DNA from: a virus
Strand: one strand, 5' to 3'
DNA: 64,000 nt
Virus record (IMG/VR): IMGVR_UViG_3300020054_000866
Span: 1 to 64,000 of that record
Part shown: in pieces, positions 37,104-47,140 of the stretch
Numbering within the stretch: position 1 is the stretch's first letter
Layout: each line of letters begins with the position of its first letter
Notes under the pieces: model-generated
Told to the model about the DNA's origin: nothing
The model's input: only the letters and a program-made list of their open reading frames with translations
Database searches by the model: none
Made by a program: the position numbers and the translations under genes

Positions 37104-39824
37104 ATGAAGTTGTCTACCTTCTCCGGGTTTATTAGCGCAGTAATCGCCGGTACCCGTGCGTTGTTTTTTGGCGGTTATACGGGGTCTGCTCGTAGCGATG
37201 TAATCGACTATGTCAACATTGAGACTCTGGGTAATGCCACCGATTTTGGTGATCTAACCGTTGCTCGTAACGGTGGTGCGGCTGGGGCTTCTTCAACTCG
37301 CGCTTTATTTGCTGGCGGTTACTCCACCTCCAGAGAAAACACTATTGACTATGTAACTATCGCCACGCTGGGTAATGCAACAGACTTCGGTAATCTGACA
37401 CAGAACGCCTCCGGTCAGGCGGGTGCGTCTAACGAAACACGTTTCGTAATAGGCGGCGCAAACATTACGAGTGCGTACTACGCCTTTAGCAATCGCATCG
37501 AGTATGTGACTATTGCTTCCACGGGTAATGCTATAAACGTAGGAGGCTTGACAGTAACTAGGGCTGAGGCTGGTGGAGTTGAGTCACCTGTTCACGGTTT
37601 GTTTATGGGCGGTCAGTTCGTGAACTCAGCAGCGACCGTATTCAGCACATATAACACTATTGACTACGTTACATTTAGTTCTTTAGGTAACGCTCTGGAT
37701 TTTGGTGATCTAACACAAGCACGTTTCGTTGGCGGTCCCGCATCTAACTCTGTCAGAGGTCTGTACGCTGGCGGTGTAAGCCGAGTTGGTACGACTAGTG
37801 CTACCGTCCTAAGAGACACCATTGACTACTTGACCCTTGCGGCTAGAGGCAACTCCGCAGATTTCGGTAATCTTAGTGTCGCTTCTAGCAGTAACGCTGG
37901 GGCGGCTTCTTCATCGAGGGCACTATTCACCCTCGGTTATCCCAATTCTTACGGCAGTAACACCATTGAATATGTTGAGATTGCCACTACCGGCAACACT
38001 GTTGATTTTGGTGATCTCACCATTGCTCGTAATGCTGACGGCACCTCTGGCGGTCACGGTGGGCTGATCTTAGTTCTGCCTACTGCTGACGGTACTCGTG
38101 CGCTGTTCGGTGGCGGTCTCGTTGATGGCGGTTCTGTCAGAACGCAGATCGACACGGTACTGATCGCTTCGACTGGGAACGCCACCGACTTCGGTGACCT
38201 GACGCAGGCTCGAACTTATCTCAACGGGTTGTCTTCCTCTACAAGAGGCGTGTTTACCGGCGGCAATATCGGAAGCAGCACCCGTGTCAACACGATGGAT
38301 TATGTGACCATCGCTGAGGGTGGGACCGCCCTTGACTTCGGTGACCTGACGTTGGTTCACGACGATCATGGAACAGCATCTAATGAAACCCGAGGTCTGA
38401 ACTTCGGTGGTCAAACTCCAACTGTTCTGACTAACGTGATTGACTACATCACGATTGCTACGACTGGTAATGCTACGGACTTCGGTGACCTAAGTTGGGG
38501 TGCGAGCCGTAACCCGATGGCGGTCCAGTCTCCCATCCACGGCATCGTTCACGGCGGTTCCATCGACCAAGACGGCATCTACTACGTTGCGTTTGCGTCG
38601 ACCGGCAACACGGTGCAGTGGGGAACCCTGTATCAGACAAACTATTCGGTGAGCAACGGTGTGTCTAATGCCACCCGAGGCGTGTTCGCTGGTGGCGGCA
38701 CCGTAGCGAATGTGATCCAAGCCATTACGCTGGCATCTGCCGGAAACTCGATAGACTTTGGTGACCTGACGGTGGCAAGAGCAAAGGCGGCTGGTGCCGC
38801 TTCTCCGACCCGTGGCCTGTTTGCTTCGGGTGAGGGCTACTACAACGTGATCGACTACATCGACATCGCCACATTCGGTAATGTTGCCGACTTCGGTGAT
38901 CTCACGGAGACGATCTTGAAGCCGGGTGCCTGCTCTGACGGTCACGGTGGGCTTGGAGCGTCACCGTTGGAGTCAATCTCCAACATCGGCGTGTTCGACA
39001 ACGGGGACTACATCGAATACCTGAACATCGCTTCGACCGGTAACTCGCTGAACTTCGGCAAGTTGAGTACCGCAAGGTCACGGATGGATGCTGTCGGTTC
39101 CACTACTCGGGCCGTGTTCGGTCCCGGCTTGGGGGACGATGTTACCATTGACTATCTGACGTTCACGACCGGTGGCGACGCTACTGACTTCGGTGATACA
39201 ACGTCCGCTCGTTCAGCAATGGGCGGTTGTGGGAACTCTACCCGAGGACTGTTCGGCGGTGGCATCCCTAACTCGGACGTCATCGACTATGTGACCATCG
39301 CCACGACCGGCAACGCAACCGACTTCGGTGATCTGACGGTGAGCCGTGGTGATACGTCAGCAACATCCAACTCCACCCGAGGCTTGTTCTGCGGAGGTGC
39401 CACGACTCCCGGCCCGACAGTCCGAAACCAGATCGACTATGTGACCATCGCAACCACCGGAAACGCTACCGACTTTGGTGATCTCACGGTGGCTCGTCGT
39501 GATCTCGGTGCTTCTGCGTCCACTACTAGGGCTGTCATCGTCGGCGGTCGTGACGCTACGGCTTCCGGTTGGTACAACACGATGGATTACGTCACCATCG
39601 CTACGACAGGAAACGCTACGGACTTCGGTGACCTGACGGTTGCCCGAGGGAAATGTAAGTCTATGTCGAACACGACGAGAGGTATCTGTACCCCCGGCGA
39701 GGGTTACAACGTCATCGACTACTGGACGATCGCCACCACCGGGAACGCCACCGACTTTGGTGACGCATCGACCGCCTCCTATCACGGTGGCGCAACATCA
39801 AACTGTCATGGAGGACTGTCGTGA
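37104..39824 (+). CDS. Triple beta-propeller (kelch-like) adhesin with GNATDFGDLT repeats
   Basis: About 18 repeats in three HGGL-terminated blocks; paralogue of 27628. Confidence 0.75.
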   Translation: MKLSTFSGFISAVIAGTRALFFGGYTGSARSDVIDYVNIETLGNATDFGDLTVARNGGAAGASSTRALFAGGYSTSRENTIDYVTIATLGNATDFGNLTQNASGQAGASNETRFVIGGANITSAYYAFSNRIEYVTIASTGNAINVGGLTVTRAEAGGVESPVHGLFMGGQFVNSAATVFSTYNTIDYVTFSSLGNALDFGDLTQARFVGGPASNSVRGLYAGGVSRVGTTSATVLRDTIDYLTLAARGNSADFGNLSVASSSNAGAASSSRALFTLGYPNSYGSNTIEYVEIATTGNTVDFGDLTIARNADGTSGGHGGLILVLPTADGTRALFGGGLVDGGSVRTQIDTVLIASTGNATDFGDLTQARTYLNGLSSSTRGVFTGGNIGSSTRVNTMDYVTIAEGGTALDFGDLTLVHDDHGTASNETRGLNFGGQTPTVLTNVIDYITIATTGNATDFGDLSWGASRNPMAVQSPIHGIVHGGSIDQDGIYYVAFASTGNTVQWGTLYQTNYSVSNGVSNATRGVFAGGGTVANVIQAITLASAGNSIDFGDLTVARAKAAGAASPTRGLFASGEGYYNVIDYIDIATFGNVADFGDLTETILKPGACSDGHGGLGASPLESISNIGVFDNGDYIEYLNIASTGNSLNFGKLSTARSRMDAVGSTTRAVFGPGLGDDVTIDYLTFTTGGDATDFGDTTSARSAMGGCGNSTRGLFGGGIPNSDVIDYVTIATTGNATDFGDLTVSRGDTSATSNSTRGLFCGGATTPGPTVRNQIDYVTIATTGNATDFGDLTVARRDLGASASTTRAVIVGGRDATASGWYNTMDYVTIATTGNATDFGDLTVARGKCKSMSNTTRGICTPGEGYNVIDYWTIATTGNATDFGDASTASYHGGATSNCHGGLS

Positions 39825-40618
39825 CCGAACTAGCACTCACCGCATCGCAACTACCGGAACGGTACGAGCAGATGATCGACAAGGTGACCGAACTGCTCCC
39901 AAGGATCGACGCATCGAACGAGTCGTTCTACAAGTCGGACTCACAACTCAAGACCGTCTCGCTGAACGTCACCGACCTGACCGATGTTGGTGCGGCGAAG
40001 CATATCCTCGCCCGTATCGAACGGAAGCGGGAAGCGTTGAAGGAGTCCGAGTTGGGGTTGCGCCGTAAGCGGATCGAACTCGCTCAGAAACAAGACGAAC
40101 TGGAATCAGCATCCGGGTACGCCGCCGAACTGTTAGAGATCGACATTCTGGAACTGTCGTCACAGATCGAATCGACGCAGAACTACCAGCGGGGTGCCGT
40201 CCGTGAGGTGACGTTCCTCGTTCACCAGTACGAAGCAATCTGCGACAAGTTAGGTGTCGAAGTCATCACCGAAGAAATGTACGAGGCGAACGAGTCGAAG
40301 GCTCAAGTGATGCGGGCGTTCTCGCAGGCGCTCGCCGCCGCCCGCTCACGGCAGGGCTTGATCGACGAAGGCAACTTCATCTTCTTCCAAGACCTCGGCA
40401 TCAACGGTGCCGCCGCCCAACGGGAACTCATCACCTACCTCGAAATGGAACAGCAGATGCTCAACGAGGGCAAGGTGCCGACGTTCGAGGTTCAGTACGG
40501 CTGGCTGGATGCGGTCAGCGACAAGTTCGCCCCACAAGTCGCCTTGTACGCCGAGCATCGTGGACTCATCCCGCAAGTCGAAGCCGCCCTCGCACAACCG
40601 AAGGAATTAACAGTATGA
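39821..40618 (+). CDS. Coiled-coil protein partnered with the propeller adhesin
   Basis: E/L/K-rich helical sequence; translationally coupled (GTGA); its remnant follows the other propeller gene. Confidence 0.7.
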   Translation: MTELALTASQLPERYEQMIDKVTELLPRIDASNESFYKSDSQLKTVSLNVTDLTDVGAAKHILARIERKREALKESELGLRRKRIELAQKQDELESASGYAAELLEIDILELSSQIESTQNYQRGAVREVTFLVHQYEAICDKLGVEVITEEMYEANESKAQVMRAFSQALAAARSRQGLIDEGNFIFFQDLGINGAAAQRELITYLEMEQQMLNEGKVPTFEVQYGWLDAVSDKFAPQVALYAEHRGLIPQVEAALAQPKELTV

Positions 40619-40890
40619 AAGTAACAACGTATACCTTGAACGCCGACGGCACGATCCCCGGGTTCGTGACTAACGGCGGCTACTTCCCCGATGCCCGTGT
40701 CGGCGACTCTCCGCAAGACTGGACACTGGTCGGCGTCTGTGCTGATGACGCTCCCGGCGACGCGATGACCGAAGCCGAACTCGTCACCTACGTCGAAGCG
40801 TTCTCACCCGTGTTCACCAACGAGATTGACGGCACGGAGACTCCGGCGGCGGATGTTGTCGCCACATGGTGGGCAGTAAACGCCCAGTAA
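40615..40890 (+). CDS. Small hypothetical protein
   Basis: ATGA-coupled; Y.LNADGTIP..V..GGY. Confidence 0.65.
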   Translation: MKVTTYTLNADGTIPGFVTNGGYFPDARVGDSPQDWTLVGVCADDAPGDAMTEAELVTYVEAFSPVFTNEIDGTETPAADVVATWWAVNAQ

Positions 40891-41016
40891 TTGCTCCCGC
40901 GCTATCGCAATAAGAACAACCATCAGGGCGCGAACTCGCTCTAATTGGGCTCTCTCACTGTGATAGAATGTTGCTGTGTCGGGTGACCGACGAAGGACGA
41001 GACATGGCGGCATAAG

Positions 41017-42000
41017 ATGACACTGTACACAGAAGACGGCGCGATTCTCTATTACGGAGAAGGTCTATACGGAGAAGGCTCGTACAACGATCCTGAAGGC
41101 CAAGACTTCGAAACCTCTGTAGTCAATAAGGCGCTAACACCGCTACCGCCGCCAGTCTTCTCAGGTCTCTTTCTACAGGAAGACGTTATTCTCGACACTT
41201 TAGTGTTGAACTCAATTGACTCAAATAATGTCATTTGGATCTGCACAGACATTGAAGGCTGGTGGGGTCTTCCAGACCCGGAGGTTCCAGACATTCCTCG
41301 CGGATGGGGAGACGGCTCTTATGAGGCAAACGGCCGCTGGGCCGCGCGACAGATAAATCTTACTGGAGTATTTTTTCCGCCAGGGCCGGAATACGTGTCT
41401 ACGGCAAGAGACACCCTAATTCGTGCAGCGTCTCTCGCTCGGCAAGGCGCGTGGCTGAAGACAAATGAATCGCCGACAAGAGCGTCATTCGTGAGACTCA
41501 GCGGCAGACCTGAGATACAAACAGTGAACTCTCGAGGGAAGACGGAGTTCTCGATCGGTCTACGCGCGTCCGACCCGATCAAATACTCTTGGGATGACTC
41601 AGACGCACTTGGTTACAGCTCAGTCACTATTCCGTGTAAAAATACGTCAACGGCAGAGACTGGCGCCGCGACAATCACCAACCTCGGAAACACTAACGTT
41701 ACGATGTTTCTTGAAATTGACGGCCCTGTAGTTGGAAACGCTACAATTAAAAACACTACAACAGACCAAACGCTTACAATCGTCGAGTCTGTTGCTTCCG
41801 GTGAGCTTCTCGAGATTGACACGTACAAGCACGAGGTCGCGCTTGACGGCGACGTTCTTGGCGCCCGCGTGTATCTCGACACTCTTACGGATTGGCTGGA
41901 GCTCACGCCAGGCAACAACTCGATAGTCTTTGAAGATCTTGGTGACGCAACATCGGACGCGGTACTCACTGTGTACTATCGCTCCGGTTGGATAGGCTAA
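41017..42000 (+). CDS. Distal tail (Dit-like) / minor tail protein
   Basis: IEGWWGLP, R..GDGSY, R.I.L.G, F...LRASDPIKY, ITN.GN, WL.L.PG.N.I and terminal YRSGW. Confidence 0.8.
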   Translation: MTLYTEDGAILYYGEGLYGEGSYNDPEGQDFETSVVNKALTPLPPPVFSGLFLQEDVILDTLVLNSIDSNNVIWICTDIEGWWGLPDPEVPDIPRGWGDGSYEANGRWAARQINLTGVFFPPGPEYVSTARDTLIRAASLARQGAWLKTNESPTRASFVRLSGRPEIQTVNSRGKTEFSIGLRASDPIKYSWDDSDALGYSSVTIPCKNTSTAETGAATITNLGNTNVTMFLEIDGPVVGNATIKNTTTDQTLTIVESVASGELLEIDTYKHEVALDGDVLGARVYLDTLTDWLELTPGNNSIVFEDLGDATSDAVLTVYYRSGWIG

Positions 42001-42006
42001 ACTACA

Positions 42007-43986
42007 ATGACAACATTTGATCCAGCGCAGCCAGTGTACCGCTACTTTGTCGCGGACCTAATGACAAACTCGGTTCTTGCCGAGATACCTTTTACAGGCG
42101 TCACGTACGACAGAGCTCTTAAAGGCGCCGGAACATTTTCAGGGCAGGTCGCTGTTCTTGACGACACAGTAGCAGCAAACCTGTACGACTACACAGTCCC
42201 GGGAAAAACCTCGCTATACATTGTAAGAAACAATGTCTGCGTATGGGGAGGAATCATTTGGGGAAGATCGTACAGCATCACTGAAAAAGTTCTAAACGTC
42301 AGTGGGTCAGAGTTTACGAGCTACCTCTACCATCGCAACATTTGGAAGACGTACAGCCATGACTTTGCCGGAACCACTGTCGTTGATGTTCTTGGTAACG
42401 CAACAACTACGTTGACATTTGGTTCATTTAACTTTGTCCCTGGCTCAACAATCGCAGTCGAGTTCTACGAGGTTGGAAACTTTCAATACAGCGGCTACTA
42501 CACAGTCCTTTCACTCGGGCTGTCGTCAACAACCGTGGCGGTTAGCATTCCAGGAATGCCTGCCGGGACGTATGACAACACGACGGTAAGAGTTCGCGTA
42601 GATACATATGACTACGTTCGGCAGCTACTCGATCAGATGAACATTGACTTCTCTGGCATACAATTTCCAAACGGAGAAATTGAGCCGACGCTTACTCTCG
42701 ACTACGACATCACGACAAAGTCACTGACTTCTAATGTAGCGACATTGACGACGTCAACTGCACACAACATGATACCCGGTCAGTCAGTTCTGGTAAAGAA
42801 CGTTGACTCGACGTTCGACGGCACGCACACGGTTGTATCAAAGACTGACACGACATTTTCGTACGCTAAGACAGCATCAAACGTTGGCAGCACCGCGGTT
42901 TCAGTTGTGTCAAGAACAGTGTCTCAAAAAGAGATGTCTGAAAACGTTGCCACTCTTACTACAAGTGTTGCTCACGGTTTTTCAGTCGGACAAACCGTTG
43001 ACATTGAAAACGTCGATTCGCTTACCTCAGACTACGTAATATTCAACGGCACTCACACGATCACGAGTGTTCCATCCTCGACTACATTTACGTACTCGGT
43101 CTTTTCATTCGAACCGAACGTCGACGCGACCGCCGTGTCTGGAACCGCGACGTTGACGCCAAGAGCTCTTTCGAGCACATACGGACCGTATCCCGCGAAT
43201 GCGGACATCGGAATCGAGTACTCGACCGCGGCGTACAGCGGCGTCAATGTTCCAAACGTCACCTACCGCGGCTACGAACTTCGCTCGATTGGTGAAGAAC
43301 TCGACGAGTACTCAGACACTGTTGACGGCTTTGAGTATCGGATTGACTGCGAATACGATTCATTGACTGGCACGTTTACTCGAACGTTCGTGCTTCTTCC
43401 GATCAACTTCCCCAACCCGCCGCCTGCTGGAGAAGCCGCTCCTCTAAGTAGATACGGCGCTGATCAGTTCGTATTCGAGTATCCTGGAAACGTAAATGAA
43501 GTTTCTATCAGCGAATCTGCTGAAAACTCAGCGACTCGATTCTTTGTTGTTGGCAACATCGGCGATCTTGGCTCAGATGCGAGTCAACCATACGCCGTTG
43601 CCGCTGATACCGGGCTACTCGACGCTGGATGGCCACTGCTCGATATGGAGGAGACGCGTGGAGAAGCGTACGACGAAAACATTCTCTACAGCTACGCCTC
43701 GCGCTATTTGGCAGAGTTTCGTCCACCGCTCACCGACATGTCGATCACAGTCAACGGCTCACTCGACCCAACTGTTGGAACGTACTCTCCAGGAGACTGG
43801 TGCGCGCTCATTGTAGACGATCCGTTCATTCAACTTCGACTTTTGAGCAACCTTGAGCCGAGAGACGACATTATTGTTCGTAAGATCGAAGGTTTCTCAG
43901 TAACAGTGCCGGACGGCAACACGTTCCCTGAGACGGTGCAGCTACAACTTGTAGCCGAGTCGGAGGTAGATAAGATTGGCGAGTAA
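42007..43986 (+). CDS. Minor tail / baseplate hub protein (ReqiPepy6 gp37-like) with inserted beta-barrel repeats
   Basis: YRYFVADLMT...AEIP, Y+VRN..CVWGGIIW and FEYPGN; inserted ATLTT...H....GQ.V....VD..F.GTHT+ repeats. Confidence 0.7.
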   Translation: MTTFDPAQPVYRYFVADLMTNSVLAEIPFTGVTYDRALKGAGTFSGQVAVLDDTVAANLYDYTVPGKTSLYIVRNNVCVWGGIIWGRSYSITEKVLNVSGSEFTSYLYHRNIWKTYSHDFAGTTVVDVLGNATTTLTFGSFNFVPGSTIAVEFYEVGNFQYSGYYTVLSLGLSSTTVAVSIPGMPAGTYDNTTVRVRVDTYDYVRQLLDQMNIDFSGIQFPNGEIEPTLTLDYDITTKSLTSNVATLTTSTAHNMIPGQSVLVKNVDSTFDGTHTVVSKTDTTFSYAKTASNVGSTAVSVVSRTVSQKEMSENVATLTTSVAHGFSVGQTVDIENVDSLTSDYVIFNGTHTITSVPSSTTFTYSVFSFEPNVDATAVSGTATLTPRALSSTYGPYPANADIGIEYSTAAYSGVNVPNVTYRGYELRSIGEELDEYSDTVDGFEYRIDCEYDSLTGTFTRTFVLLPINFPNPPPAGEAAPLSRYGADQFVFEYPGNVNEVSISESAENSATRFFVVGNIGDLGSDASQPYAVAADTGLLDAGWPLLDMEETRGEAYDENILYSYASRYLAEFRPPLTDMSITVNGSLDPTVGTYSPGDWCALIVDDPFIQLRLLSNLEPRDDIIVRKIEGFSVTVPDGNTFPETVQLQLVAESEVDKIGE

Positions 43987-45511
43987 TCTTAGAAGAAGCA
44001 AAAGAACGTTCGGTCAAAGATATCTAAGAACTGAGCAAAGAGCGTCTGCGTCCTCGCGCAACCCAGCGCCGCGAAGAATCGGTGCAAGAGTTATTACGAC
44101 AAACAATATTGCACCGAGATCTGTGACTACGGTCGTGCTAGCAAACGACGTTGTTCAAGACATCGAGTACGCTCAGGCCGCTGCAAACGGTAAAAATACG
44201 ATCTACTACAGCGCAACGGAGCCGTCTGGCGGCACGTACACTGAAGGCGATTTGTGGTTCGAGACAGACAACGACAACGCGCTAGCACGCTGGGACGGCG
44301 CAGCGTGGCAGTCGTTTGGTCTGGGCAACGCGGCGTTCTCAAACATTGACGCCGGTAAGATTACATCTGGCACGATCAGCACTGCTATTCTCTTCGCGGG
44401 AGAGCTCACCGCTGCTCGAGGAACGTTTGGTGGATTTATTTCCGCTGGAAACGTTCAAATTGGCGACGGCATCTACAGCAATGCAAATTATCGCGGAGTG
44501 ACACTCGATTCTGGGAACTCGAACAACGCCTGGTACGTAGACACGTCGACTGGAAATGTGTACTTCAAGGTCGGTAGTGCAACTCAATATATGACGTGGA
44601 ACGGCACTGCGCTGAACATCGTCGGTACCATCACTGGCTCAACAATTAGCGGTACTACTATCACCACGTCGACGTTTTCCGCAGGCAATCCAACTGGCGA
44701 TGGCGTATCAATCACTGGCACTCAGGTGCTTATTAACACGACTGGCACTACCTCGAGCGCGTCTCTTAAGTTTAATACAAACGCAGGCTCTGGCACAAAC
44801 TATATTACGGGGGATAAAGCATTAGAAATTACAACAGGCGGAAGCAGTAAAACTTTCATCAACATGGGTAACACAAGCGGCTCCGGCGTGGGCAGAGTAT
44901 ACGCTGGCGCATTGTACTTTGAGACGTACAATGCAGAGGTAACTAGGCTAACGGCTAGCGTTATAGGTCAAAATAGGCTTGGCAGTACTGTTCGAGTTAG
45001 CGATTACTACGGTGTAGATATTTCTCTTAGTGATGAACTTTATGCGGGAAGGGTTACGGTTACAGGTGCTTTGAATGTGTATGGCACGAAAAACTTTTCC
45101 ATTCAGCACCCACTGGACGAAGATCGCTATCTAGTACACGCTGCTGTTGAGGGCCCTACTGCTGATCTTATATATCGAGGTACCTCTAGCCTTGAAAACG
45201 GTTTAGTTGAGGTAGAACTTCCAAGATATTTTGAGGCAGCGTCAAAATTAGAAGGTAGAACGGTGTTTATTACGCCAAAAATTGCAGATGACGGCTCTCA
45301 GTGCAACATGGCAGCTTCGTCTGTAGAAAATGGTAAGTTCACAGTTTCCACTCAAGGGTGCATTGATAGCTGTTCTCATCAGTTTGATTGGCTGGTACTT
45401 GCAATTCGTGGAGATGTTGAAACAGTCGTTGAGCCACTAAAGTCGGAGTACAATGTTAGAAAAGAAAAAGAAGTTCTGCCAGAGATAGATCCAAATCTCA
45501 CAGCGGGCTAG
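43976..45511 (+). CDS. Tail fibre / spike with a C-terminal chaperone-like domain
   Basis: GKNTIYYS..EP...EGDLWF, IDAGKITSG and KNFSIQHP....YLVH..VEGP....YRG...LP.YF. Confidence 0.75.
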   Translation: MASNLRRSKRTFGQRYLRTEQRASASSRNPAPRRIGARVITTNNIAPRSVTTVVLANDVVQDIEYAQAAANGKNTIYYSATEPSGGTYTEGDLWFETDNDNALARWDGAAWQSFGLGNAAFSNIDAGKITSGTISTAILFAGELTAARGTFGGFISAGNVQIGDGIYSNANYRGVTLDSGNSNNAWYVDTSTGNVYFKVGSATQYMTWNGTALNIVGTITGSTISGTTITTSTFSAGNPTGDGVSITGTQVLINTTGTTSSASLKFNTNAGSGTNYITGDKALEITTGGSSKTFINMGNTSGSGVGRVYAGALYFETYNAEVTRLTASVIGQNRLGSTVRVSDYYGVDISLSDELYAGRVTVTGALNVYGTKNFSIQHPLDEDRYLVHAAVEGPTADLIYRGTSSLENGLVEVELPRYFEAASKLEGRTVFITPKIADDGSQCNMAASSVENGKFTVSTQGCIDSCSHQFDWLVLAIRGDVETVVEPLKSEYNVRKEKEVLPEIDPNLTAG

Positions 45512-45598
45512 TTGACTAAGTCGATTTTGACGTCAATTTGTACACGAGATAAAAAAGAACGGGATAGAATTTCACTACACGTAGTGAAAGAGAATTCA

Positions 45599-46075
45599 AT
45601 GATACACATCAAAGACGGCGATAGAACTCTTCAGTTTAACGGAGAGCTACTGGGAAAATCATCATCGTGGCGAAGAGGATCTCTTCGCTGGATAGAATTC
45701 GAGCTTTACAAGACAGAAAATGGCTCGTATGTTCTATCAAGAGTCGGCGTGTCAGTAGTCTACCACGGCGCGGCCTGTCATCTTGTGAAGAGATACAATC
45801 TTCAAGATGCCCCAGTAGCGAATCTCCAAAGTAGAGAGAACATGGTCCCATGTGACTCATGCTCTCCATCATTCGCGGCAGAAATCGTGTTTCCGGAGAA
45901 GAATCGCCACTGGGCACAGGTAAGTGAGAATCCAGACGCCGTGCTCGAGGCGCTCTACAAATACGACGACAGCGGCGCACGCTACCTAACGCATGTAGCA
46001 CAGCGGCTTCTCGAGGAGGCGTCAAACGCCGATCGAGGCATCTCAGACGTCTACAGAGTAGAGATCATTCCATAA
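45599..46075 (+). CDS. Hypothetical protein, possibly Zn-binding
   Basis: The probable start is MIHIKDG; contains H...C and CxxC. Confidence 0.6.
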   Translation: MIHIKDGDRTLQFNGELLGKSSSWRRGSLRWIEFELYKTENGSYVLSRVGVSVVYHGAACHLVKRYNLQDAPVANLQSRENMVPCDSCSPSFAAEIVFPEKNRHWAQVSENPDAVLEALYKYDDSGARYLTHVAQRLLEEASNADRGISDVYRVEIIP

Positions 46076-46138
46076 TCTTTCGCTCTGTCACGAGATTTTT
46101 CTCGTTTCCGTGTAGTATCGAAAAGACGGAGGGATGGA

Positions 46139-47140
46139 ATGTTTATCGTCATCGAAGGCACTGACGCCTCGGGAAAGTCTACTCTTGTAGACGCTGTTGT
46201 CTCTGAACTCACCGGGCAGCGGTCAACTGCCGGCGCGATTCAGTACCACAAGGGCGCGCCGAAAGAGTTCACTCGCAAAGGCGTACTTTCAGAGTACGTA
46301 GAAGACATTCAAGACTTCAACTGGTTCTCAGCGACAGCAGTCGCTGATCGATGGCATTGGGGTGAGGTAACGTATGCTCCGATCAAGCGTCGTCATACTA
46401 ACATTGACGGCTTTGGTCTACTTGGCGTTGCTGGCTGGCGATGGACCGAGATGTTTCTTCGCGCTCGCGGCATTACTCAGTTTTGGCTGTATCAGCCGCT
46501 TGAGATTATTCAGCAAAGAATTAGAGAACGCGGAGACGACTTTGTAGAAGAGCATGAGCTCGAGCATATTTTAAGTCTCTACTCTTATGCGTTCGACAAC
46601 ACCATGTCGTGCATTAAGTTGCAGCCGTCAAACGGCGGATTAGATCAAGTAGCAAACCTGGCGCGTGACGTCATCAGCTACGCTAAGACATTGCAATCTG
46701 AAGTTCAGCATCTAGAAAGATTTACTTGGTACATCGGACCTCCAAAGCCAAAGGCGCTTCTCGTCGGTGACGAAAGAAACGACGAGACTGACACGATGTT
46801 GCCTTTCAAGCCTTCCGGTGCAAATTCAGCAGACTATTTGTTGAACGCCCTACCGTGCGAAACCTGGCGCGACTACGGAATCATAAATTCTGCCGATGTC
46901 TATGGAGAAGACATCATACGACTATATGAAGCTCTTAATCGGCCAAAAGTTATAGCCCTTGGTCGCATGGCAGAAAAGCGTCTTCGTCAATGCTCACTCT
47001 ACGAAAGTCTATACACAGTTCTTCCGCATCCTCAACATGTTAGACGATTTCACTACTCTGATCAAACAGAGTATGGTCGCGCAATTGATAGCTTCGCAAA
47101 CGGAAACACACAGGAGTATGCGTCATGGGTTCTTCGCTGA
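46139..47140 (+). CDS. Thymidylate-kinase-like dNMP kinase fused to a C-terminal uracil-DNA-glycosylase-fold domain
   Basis: FIVIEGTDASGKST P-loop, DRWH and RERGD; C-terminal LLVGD...PF...VIALGRMA...LPHPQ. Confidence 0.75.
   Translation: MFIVIEGTDASGKSTLVDAVVSELTGQRSTAGAIQYHKGAPKEFTRKGVLSEYVEDIQDFNWFSATAVADRWHWGEVTYAPIKRRHTNIDGFGLLGVAGWRWTEMFLRARGITQFWLYQPLEIIQQRIRERGDDFVEEHELEHILSLYSYAFDNTMSCIKLQPSNGGLDQVANLARDVISYAKTLQSEVQHLERFTWYIGPPKPKALLVGDERNDETDTMLPFKPSGANSADYLLNALPCETWRDYGIINSADVYGEDIIRLYEALNRPKVIALGRMAEKRLRQCSLYESLYTVLPHPQHVRRFHYSDQTEYGRAIDSFANGNTQEYASWVLR

Noticed and set aside
27628-39824. Regularly spaced DNA repeats (gacttcggtgacctgac...) resembling a CRISPR array
   Set aside because: They are in-frame, wobble-degenerate protein repeats inside long ORFs, with no leader or cas operon.
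17066-40890. Diversity-generating retroelement or shufflon behind the fibre diversity
   Set aside because: There is no reverse transcriptase and no adenine-specific TR/VR pair. All cassettes are on one strand and I saw no repeated inverted crossover sites.
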